Assembly: GCA_032718475.1 (NCBI GenBank)
Contig: JAUCBJ010005396.1
Span: 1-53,800 of the forward strand
Direction: 5' to 3'
DNA length: 53,800 nt
Source of the DNA: Nemertoderma westbladi
Lineage: Eukaryota; Animalia; Xenacoelomorpha
Shown here: positions 1 to 8,563 of the stretch, piece after piece
Numbering within the stretch: the first letter of the stretch is position 1
Layout: every line of letters starts with the position of its first letter
Program-made: the position numbers and the translations under genes
Notes under the pieces: model-generated
Databases searched by the model: none
What the model saw: the letters and a program-made list of their open reading frames with translations, nothing else
Told to the model about the DNA's origin: nothing

Positions 1-11
1 TATATCTAAGC

Positions 12-166
12 CTTTGGGACGGACGGTGGAGTGGCTCGTGCTGGTTGTTGTAGTCGTTGTGCAGCTACGACGTTGGCGATAGGCACATCGGCGAAAGTAC
101 ACCAGCGCTGAGGATCTCGCACTGTCCGGGGGCAAAGAGGGGTAGGCAGCGACGCCCGCTCGCCTA
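12..166 (+). other. Candidate structured RNA segment (long stem closing a three-way junction, plus a separate hairpin)
   Basis: Nested pairings read by eye: 12-16/133-137, 20-28/120-128, 38-45/101-108, 46-54/64-72, 73-80/87-94 and 143-151/157-166. Several are G-U pairs, which work only on the + strand. No RNA family recognised. Confidence 0.3.
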
Positions 167-210
167 AATATAAACTCATTATAATATGGATAAACTCATA
201 TATAGCAGAT

Positions 211-516
211 ATGACGGAGTTGATAGAAGATGTTCTTGGTATCGGGGAGCGATATACTCTACTTTTACAAGCGTTTGTTGATAGCTTAATACGCGGCGAC
301 GTTAGTCCAACTGCTGCGGAGGACGATGGTCATTATATCGAACCGCCAATGTCCCAAGAGCAGCTCGCGCGCGAGTTGGACTATAGAAAATTTGCTGCTC
401 GATATACGCAGCGTAATGGTACGTATATGGTCTTCTTAACTACTGGTCATCCTATCGATTTACACAATACGGACTATGTCGACTATATATCCTACCCAGC
501 GGAAGCGGAACGATAA
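211..516 (+). CDS. Hypothetical protein, possibly the 5' part of a frameshifted gene continuing in 476-1009
   Basis: 101-aa ORF with protein-like composition in a CpG-rich segment; TATAAA at 169-174 upstream; overlaps the next ORF by 41 nt. No motif recognised. Confidence 0.3.
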   Translation: MTELIEDVLGIGERYTLLLQAFVDSLIRGDVSPTAAEDDGHYIEPPMSQEQLARELDYRKFAARYTQRNGTYMVFLTTGHPIDLHNTDYVDYISYPAEAER

Positions 517-1009
517 ACTGAGACTCGAACATGAAAATTCTATTCGAAACCGACTCGAAAGTACAGATGTTGAAGAGCCGGATAAACGCAGCGACTTCAC
601 CAAATACCTGGAATTCTTGAGAGAAACCTATCTCGATATTACCAGTCCACAGAATCTAGAAACTCGATATCCTCAAGGTATACATCATGACCGCATGGTA
701 GAACTCAAACGGCTCTATTCCACTATGATGTATCTTACCGCCGATCGACCGCTACCTGTTGTACCGGATAGCTTCGAACGGATGGAGGAATATTGTAAGC
801 TGGAGAAAGATCACTCGCATTTCCCCTACAAGACGTGTGTCTTTGGTATTATTGTGATGAATGCCCAAGACCCAACCAACAAACAGAAAGACATAAACAT
901 CCGCAGAGACGTTGCTTTAAACACGGTTTTACTCGCTATATTTACGGGAGTTTCTAGCGAAACTTGTTCGATGTATCACCTACGCTCGTTCGACTCAGAC
1001 GATCCTTAA
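476..1009 (+). CDS. Hypothetical protein of unknown origin (viral or transposon origin possible)
   Basis: 177-aa non-repetitive ORF; its stop codon runs into AATAAA (TAAATAAA, 1007-1014). No family recognised. Confidence 0.35.
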   Translation: MSTIYPTQRKRNDKLRLEHENSIRNRLESTDVEEPDKRSDFTKYLEFLRETYLDITSPQNLETRYPQGIHHDRMVELKRLYSTMMYLTADRPLPVVPDSFERMEEYCKLEKDHSHFPYKTCVFGIIVMNAQDPTNKQKDINIRRDVALNTVLLAIFTGVSSETCSMYHLRSFDSDDP

Positions 1010-3003
1010 ATAAACCAATGATCAGAGTTCGGAATACTCGATCAGATCTCCTCATTCCCTAGTGAGACCTCAGACTCTTGATCCTATTATTATGACGGAT
1101 CCTCCCGAGCTGTACTCACTACTCAAAGATCTAGTGCTACCCTAACAATTAATCGGTAACACTCCGACAGTGATTTCTAGCTAGCCGCCCATCTTACCTA
1201 GCCGGATTGTGACGCGGACACCTAATATCACTATCCCACCGTATGGTCGTCCCCGTTTAACGCGATACAACCCTTCATCAAGGTGAAGGAGAACGTTGTG
1301 CGAAACGAATTAAACGCTATTCTACAAAGATCAAAAAGAAACCTGCGTTTGTTCAGATAAACGTAAGTTATAACAGTAAGTCCAATCGATAAACGAATTG
1401 GCCTTATCTCAGTTCGATTGGGAAATCTCGAATCTCTAAGAAGATATCAAGCTTAGAAAACCCTATTCTCTGCGAGAGTTTTGGACGAACGTATCCCATG
1501 ACAAGCGGAGGAAAATCAGCTCGAGGAGAAGCATATCGAAATGGACGAGACACCGACCGTAAACCCAAACCTTCTAATGCAATTGTATTGCACCCTTTAC
1601 CCAGGAGTTATAGCCTTTCTAGTAAAGTGGCTCGCCCCAAAGAGAAAAGGACTCTTGCTGGCCTCGGGAAACTGCGTGAACGCCGTCCGCGCAAGAAAAA
1701 CTAACTGTTTAGAGTATCTTTATGTTTTAGAAACTGTGATTTTTATATTTTATAGACTGAAAATCCCATTTTCTGGGAGCGGTGTAAAAGCTTTTGCTGA
1801 ATTGCCCGGTTATTTTTCCTTATTTTTCCCGTAAAATACTCTGTAGTTGGTTTAATAGGCGTAAGAGGCCGTATTATTGCTGTATCGGTGTTTTTAGAGG
1901 ATCTAAGAGCTATTTCTTCCGTATGTGTACTGTGGAAGGCATAGTTGATGATTCTATGGCAATTCCGTGACGCAAAAGAGGCGAGATACTCTTGAACAGT
2001 AGTTACTATGACGACGGTTAACAGCTGATATTCATACGTGTCGATTTTCTTTGTTCTACGGCATCTCTTAGTTCAGTCAGCCAATCAGAGCATTTTTATG
2101 GCTCTTGTACAGAAATTTCCTAGAAATCACGCAATGTATTATGGGCAGTGTTTACATTCAGTCCTGAGCCAAGGAAGAACGGCTTTGGAATATTTTGTGC
2201 TTTTCTGCTTTAGCCTAACACTAGTAGGCTTAATTATAAGGACATATATCCGTTATCTGCACTGGTTAACACTGGTTAACTGGCCCATACTGTGCAACTT
2301 AACTTAACATTACTGCTTTGCTGTCGGTTATTCATTATATTTGTTGATGAATTATTATATTTGGAATAACGAGAAATAACCCCGAAACCCAATATTCTTG
2401 ATATACCGAAGGTAAGAGAGAAAGGTTACATATAACGATTGCGACTTATGTTAAAGTGGTTTGAAGTGAATCTAATGTTATTTGATAGACCCTACATGAG
2501 TCGGTCTGTGTTCCTTTTATATGTGACTAAAATCAGTGAAGATCGGCAGATTAGTGTGCAGTATTGTGCAGCATTGTGTATGAGTGAGACTGATAACGAA
2601 GCATTTCCTAAAGAATGCGCCATATATGTGAATTGTAACTAAGCCATATCGTTGTGAGTAGTTTAAGTCATAACTCTGTTTATATAGATAGAGCGCCACG
2701 TCCTAAAGGAACTGTTAATATTCCCCGAAGGTGAATAATATTGTCAGAGATTATATAATACTGTCAGTCGAATAATACATTAGGCTTACATAGCAATACG
2801 ATTAAGCCCTCGAAGTCAATCTCCCGGGTATATCCAACGGGTGAATGATCGCGCACAGATTGGTTTCAACTAGTGTAGTGAATCAAATACTTGTTAGAGG
2901 CTAAAGCGATTTATTATCTAGAAGACATCCTAATTTGGCGGGTTAAACTGCCAAAGGTCTGAAAGCGCGAACAGCAATATAACTTCATAGTTTTGCGGAT
3001 TGT

Positions 3004-3223
3004 AAATAACAAAGCTAGAGAAGATGTTAATTTTCAAATAATACGCCCTCTAGCGGCAGACAGGGGAACTTCAGACTAATCTATGTCTCCGCAAAAGATA
3101 TGGCCTAGGCCGTAGTAGATGCCTACCGAGTTTAAACCTATTCGGAATGAAAATAACAAAGTTAGAGAAGTTGTTAATTTTCAGATCATACGCCCTCTAG
3201 CGGCAGACCATGGAACTGCAGAC
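3004..3223. repeat. Diverged direct duplication (two ~73-bp copies, 147 bp apart), each carrying a CTCF-like motif
   Basis: AAATAACAAAG(C/T)TAGAGAAG...TACGCCCTCTAGCGGCAGAC...CAGAC occurs at 3004-3076 and 3151-3223. CGCCCTCTAGCGG lies at 3044-3056 and 3191-3203. Confidence 0.8.
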
Positions 3224-3595
3224 GGCTGGATATAGGTAAGAGTAATTAGTAATCAGAGGTGTCACGAGAGGGGGGGCGGGGCGCTTGGATACAACTATAG
3301 CTTGGATAAGCTGTTGCTTGGTTAAAGCTAATTGGGGGTCAAACGTCAACGATAAAGCTGTCTGGATATAAATAAGAGTAATTCTTTACCAGTAAGGGAG
3401 CTGTATACCCTATGTCTAAGTATAACGAGATGAAAGTCAATGAGGTCATATAGAAACCAATATATAAAACTAATTATTGGTAAATCTAAAATAAAGTACA
3501 ATAAAATAAATACAAATAAATTAATAAATTAAAATTAAATATAAATAAATAAGTATTAATGAATAAAAGAGCTGCGGTGTCACTTATGACACCCT

Positions 3596-3904
3596 CTTGA
3601 GCCGGCTTTGTGACAGTTGGACAACACTGAAGACCCATTGAGTGTCAGGGCGCTAATCAGTCTGATTAATTAGGATAATCAATTAAACCCTAATTAGGAG
3701 TCATAGGACACCTATTAGGGTTTAATTGTACTACAGTAATTAATTGATGACACCTGTCAATTAGGGTCTAATTAGCCTAATTAGGAGGTTCACCCAGACA
3801 GCCTGGCGCCAATGACACCCATTGACACCCATAGGGTGATAGTTGGGTGTCATATGACACCCAATGGGTGTCAGTTGGGTCCAAGTGTCACAAAGCCGGC
3901 CAAG
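3596..3904. mobile_element. MITE-like non-autonomous DNA transposon (~310 bp)
   Basis: Imperfect TIRs CTTGAGCCGGCTTTGTGACAGTTGGA / TCCAAGTGTCACAAAGCCGGCCAAG, extending loosely to ~55 bp. Flanked by direct ACCCT (3591-3595, 3905-3909). Internal TGACACCC/GGGTGTCA palindromes; non-coding. Confidence 0.75.
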
Positions 3905-4149
3905 ACCCTACTACTGCCGCTTAACTACCTAAACCAATATTGGATATTGAGTTCCGTTTTGGAGTACGCCGCACAGACACTAAAATTGCAATAACTTTTG
4001 AGTTTGTGAATGGATTTTGCTAAAATTACTTGCAAACCTTTTCTACGTCGATGCTCTTTCAATATAGATAATAAGAATATTAATAATAAGGATAATTTTT
4101 TCAAAAATATTTTAATTTACTTTTTTCGCCGTAAAAAAAAGTAAAATCA

Positions 4150-5520
4150 ATGCAATCCTATGGGTTACTGGCTAACAACCGCGGCATTGCCTTGCTTTCG
4201 GTTTTCCTTAAAGTTCTAACCTCGATTATAAACAAGCGAGTACGCAAAGAAATAAAGAACCACATCCCTGACGTCCAGTACGGCTTTGTGCCGGGTAAGT
4301 CAACTCGCCACGCAGCCAAACTACTCTTCGACATATCCTCCAGCAAACACACCACCTTTGCCGCTTTCGTCGATGTTCGTAAAGCCTTCGATGTCGTTAG
4401 CAGGGCTATGCTACTCTACAAATTATACAGTTTCGGTATCAAAGGGAAATTATTCAATATCATCAGAGACATACTAGACAACTGGATTCAGGTTTACGAA
4501 GGTCTAAGGTTATCCAACATCATCCACCAACTACGGGGTATATTACAGGGGGACTGCTTTTCGCCAACCGCCTTCATTATATTTATAACAGACCTAGCTT
4601 GTGCAATCCGAATAGCTACCGATCTAGTCAAACTAATATTTTACGCCGATGACCTAGACCTAGTGCTCTACTCCGACAACCGCGAATAACTACATCGCGC
4701 CCTTAATGCCTTACACAGCTGGTGTCTAACCAATGGTATGACGGTCAATCTTAAAAAGACTAAAATTATAAAGTTTCGAAAAGCCGGTCGCTTCGCCCTT
4801 TCTGATAAATTCCCTAATGATGGGAAAATAATTGAAATCGTAAACAAATATGAATATCTCGGTTTAATTCTGCAACCTTCTCTATGTTTCACAGAACACA
4901 TCCAGCAAAAGAAAATAAAGGCTAACTCAATTACTGGCTCCATGCGACACCTCGCGCTTCTCTCAATAGAAACAGGACTAAAAATATTTAACATGAAAAT
5001 CTACCCCGCAGCACTATATCTCATAACATCGTATGGCAAATATCTTACTTTGAAAAATCTAAAAGAACTGGACAAAATTAAAACAAGTTATATCAAGAGA
5101 ATGTTGTCACTGCACTCGTCATCCTCCTCCACTCTCGCTTTAATGTTAGTGGGGGAAATCTCTCTAATGGAAACCGTCATAAATAAATACCCGGACCTAA
5201 TCACTGCCAACGTCCGCACAGCATACCTCGATTTCCGGCGCGAACCAGAAGTCAACATCACATCGGAAGGCTACCTAAACGGCCCTGCCTTTGCTTGTTC
5301 CGTATGGAAGCAACCGAGCCAATGGAATCGCCACCACATCACCCGAGCCACGTCGCACGGATTCCACCATCTGATCTGCGCCACCAACACTCGCTTCCAC
5401 ACTACCATCTCTGCAGACTGTCTGTGCCGCCACTGCCACAACCAATGTGGGAACCGCTACCACGCCCTTAACAGCGCCGCTTGTCCCAACCTGGCAGTTC
5501 TCGCCTCGACCATTAACTAA
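4150..5520 (+). pseudogene. 5'-truncated non-LTR retrotransposon (LINE) reverse transcriptase ORF with one premature stop; RTE/RTE-X-like assignment is tentative
   Basis: RT motifs in order: NRGIALLS, QYGF, FVDVRKAFD, GILQGDCFSP, YADD, VNLKKTK, YEYLG, followed by a C-terminal Cys/His cluster (CLCRHCHNQC..RYH). ORFs 4150-4689 and 4738-5520 share a frame, separated only by TAA at 4687-4689. A small GACCTA duplication follows YADD. Confidence 0.93.
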
Positions 5521-5759
5521 AGAAACTAATATTTATTTTTATTTTATATCTATTTTATTGATAAAATAATATAATGATTTTACCGAATTTCATTTACCCC
5601 GTTGGGGAGTGTATATTATTATATTATTATGGGTTACTTTTTTTCCCTAGGGAAAAAAGTGAAACTTTTTCTCCCGATTTTTGGGTGTACTCGAACGAAA
5701 AAGTAACAATTTAAGAATAAAAGAGTTTTCTGAAAAAAGAAAGAATCATACAGTATTAC

Positions 5760-6488
5760 AACCTCCACCTATTATCCGTTATCAATTCTTTACAACTATT
5801 CAGAATTAAAATCGCACCGTAAACGTTTACTAGGACTAGGATTACATATTACGGCAGCATCAACTTTAGCTCTGCATCTTGTCGACGAACACTCATTTAT
5901 CGAGGACATAGGCCTAACTAAGAAATCGCCATCAATATTTAACGCCGAAATTACAGTATCACCCAATATAATAACCATCGCTACAATCGTGAACAAAACA
6001 TTTTATTGACGAAAATTATTTAAACGGACCAGCCTTTGCTACTTCAACGTCTGGAAACTATCCAAGCAACGGAACCGCCACGTACTAACACGATGCACAG
6101 CTCACGGATTCCACCATAAAATATGTAAGACCGATCGGCCTTTCCTCTCGCTCACTGCCGAATGTATCTGCCGTTATTGCGACTCCAACTGTTCTGACCG
6201 CTATCACGCTGTGCGATGCGCAGCGTCCCCGACTCTAGCGGAACTGGCAGCCAAGTAACCCCCCCCCCCCCCCCAAGGTTGTATATCAATATCGGCCTTG
6301 GCCTTCTGCCCCGGTCAGTCGGTAGTCGGTACGTAGTAGTAGTCGTAGTCGGTGTCAGTCTGTACAATTTTATTTTCTTCATGTTGATATATCGTATCGT
6401 AAGGGCCTATCACTCCTAGAACAGGTGATATTCTCTGTGCTGTACTGACACCGCTGATTTAGTAAATAAATCTATCTATCTATCTATC
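5760..6488 (+). mobile_element. Second, more decayed LINE 3' fragment of a related family, with 3' UTR and (TCTA)n tail
   Basis: Broken frames give NLHLLSVINSLQLFRIKIAP, KRLLGL..STLALHLV, NGPAFA, WK..KQRNRHVLTRCTAHGFHHKIC and ECICRYCDSNCSDRYHA, all colinear with the 4738-5520 protein. AATAAA at 6465-6470 is followed by (TCTA)n at 6471-6488. Confidence 0.88.
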
Positions 6489-6721
6489 AGACATTACCCA
6501 GTCAGGAGCCAGTACAGCAGTAAGCCAGTGGGCTAGACAGCTAGAGCTACAGCAGTACTGCAGTAGGTACCTGGAAAGTCAAGACTGCAAGAAGAGACAG
6601 GACGATAGGACAGTACTGCAGTAGGAACAGCAATTCAATAGTCTGATCTGATACCGGTAGTCTGGTAGTGGCCTGGCCTGGCACCTAGACCTCGCTACAT
6701 TAAAATACTGAAATAACCGAC

Positions 6722-7363
6722 ATGCCTATGCAAAAAACGGAAACGAAAACGGTAAACACGAGCCTTACCGTTTGCAAACCATGGCGATTCATTGCATTAT
6801 TGTTCCTCATTTTGGCCTTCATTTGTCTGATAGTCGCGGTATCAACAACTAGATGGATCCACTCTGACAACTACTACGCGGGTCTGTGGCAAAAGTGCGG
6901 AGTCATCGTGCGAAGTTCCATCGTGGATAACGCAGACACGGGGTTCAAGGAGCGGCAGACCGTGGAGGAATCCAATTGCGACAGTCAGCCTGGGGAGGCG
7001 TGGTTGAACGCGGTTGCGGCGTTCGTTATCCTTGGGCTCATCATCGCAGCTGTCGGTATCGTCTTCGTTATCGTATCCTTCCTTATCTCGAGCCTAGATT
7101 TCCTCGCTCGCATCGCCGGTTTCATCTCCATCGTAGGGGCTGTTTTCCTTCTCATCGCTCTTATCGTGTACACCGTTGAGGTGACCTGGACCGTATTCAA
7201 TGAGGTTGTTAACGCTTCGCTCTACGATTGGTATTTTGGTTGGAGTTATGGTTTCACTTGGGGCGCGCTATTCTTCTTCGTTGGCGCAGCGATTCTATTG
7301 ATATTCCTCAATAAAACGGATCGGAGTTTCTACGAGAGACGAAACGAATCCTACACCATGTAA
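6722..7363 (+). CDS. PMP22/EMP/claudin-superfamily four-transmembrane protein, TMEM47/PERP-like; CDS uninterrupted
   Basis: 213 aa with four hydrophobic helices. First loop has W...GLWQKC...C; FGWSYGFTWGA precedes TM4; short cytoplasmic tail ends ESYTM. ATG to TAA intact. Confidence 0.92.
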   Translation: MPMQKTETKTVNTSLTVCKPWRFIALLFLILAFICLIVAVSTTRWIHSDNYYAGLWQKCGVIVRSSIVDNADTGFKERQTVEESNCDSQPGEAWLNAVAAFVILGLIIAAVGIVFVIVSFLISSLDFLARIAGFISIVGAVFLLIALIVYTVEVTWTVFNEVVNASLYDWYFGWSYGFTWGALFFFVGAAILLIFLNKTDRSFYERRNESYTM

Positions 7364-8111
7364 AATGGAACCACGCGGTAATGTTGATAGACTAGGCCTA
7401 GGCCTACAATCAAACAGACAAAGAGAAAGAACACGTTTTTTGAGGATTTTATTTGTGTGACTTTTATAGCGTGAGTGTCTTTCTATTTGCTTTTGTATGT
7501 GCGACTTATTTGTTCTTGGTAGTTGATAGTAAGTTATTAGTAATATAGGTAGGGTAGGGTAGGGTAGACCCTATTAGTGTACCGGTAGCTTCTACTCCTA
7601 CTGTGTATTTTTCGCAGCTTAGGCCTATATAATACCCTTAGGGCTTAGGGCTATACTGCTATATAATATATTTGAAATTCGAGTTGATAACAAACAAACA
7701 TACGGCATTCCATTGTGTGTGGAAGTATAGGCCTAGTATATATGGGAAACTTACATTCTTGGCCTAATTATATAAGTAGACCCTCCTGTTTGGGATTTGG
7801 ATTTTAAAATGTTAAAAATATGGAAATGTCCAGTTGTACACTACCGGTACAGTACTACATTACAGTTGTACACTACCGGTAACTTAAGACACAATTTTCG
7901 CAGGTTTTTGGTATTTTGTTTGAACCGGCTTAATTTCATTTATTTCGCGGAATTGATAACCAGTTAAAATAATATTAATTATTAAATTAAAAACCGTAGC
8001 TTTTATATATTTTGTTGTTTAAATATAGAAAGTACCGTAGGCCTATATAAATATATTAACATTGTTTTTAACTTATAATAATTAAGTTAAAATAATATAT
8101 ATTATAATAGT

Positions 8112-8196
8112 AATAAATTGACGTTGCCATAGCAGCATAACCATAGGTATTTATATATCAACTTTGTACTTCGTTTTACAAATTTTGTGAAATAAA
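8112..8196 (+). terminator. Candidate polyadenylation signals for the claudin-like gene
   Basis: AATAAA at 8112-8117 and 8191-8196 in AT-rich downstream DNA. Weak evidence because of the base composition. Confidence 0.25.
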
Positions 8197-8563
8197 TATT
8201 TCTTAACGAAATAATCAGTAATAATACGTAATATATACATATCGCATTATATATATTTACGGAATATATATTTCATTTTGTTTATAATTATTCGTAGGTT
8301 ACCGGTAACAACATACATAAACGGAGCCTTAATTCCTTTTTATTATATAAGTGCGCCATTCGATTCAGTGCTGTGTCGCCTTCTGTGCCTAAGAGTTACA
8401 TTATTTATATAAAAGTTACTTTACCTATATTACCACTTGGACTTCTGTTGTAATTATATTCGAAAGTTTAAATATTATTTTACGCCGTAAATGCGTTTAT
8501 ATTATTCTAAATTATTTGATATTCGTGAGACGAGCACGGCAACAACGTTGAATGTATTTTGAC

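Noticed and set aside
1010-1834. Read-through of ORF 476-1009 into ORF 1541-1834 (same frame), e.g. by stop-codon recoding
   Set aside because: About 11 stops of all three types lie between them, close to random expectation.
4150-5520. Retron, DGR or telomerase-like RT that generates the neighbouring tandem arrays
   Set aside because: Motifs and C-terminus are those of an ordinary truncated, stop-disrupted LINE, and I found no template matching either array unit nearby.
5633-5707. T-run/A-run palindromes here and at 4116-4145, flanking the first LINE
   Set aside because: Mostly homopolymer pairing in AT-rich DNA, too weak to define an element.
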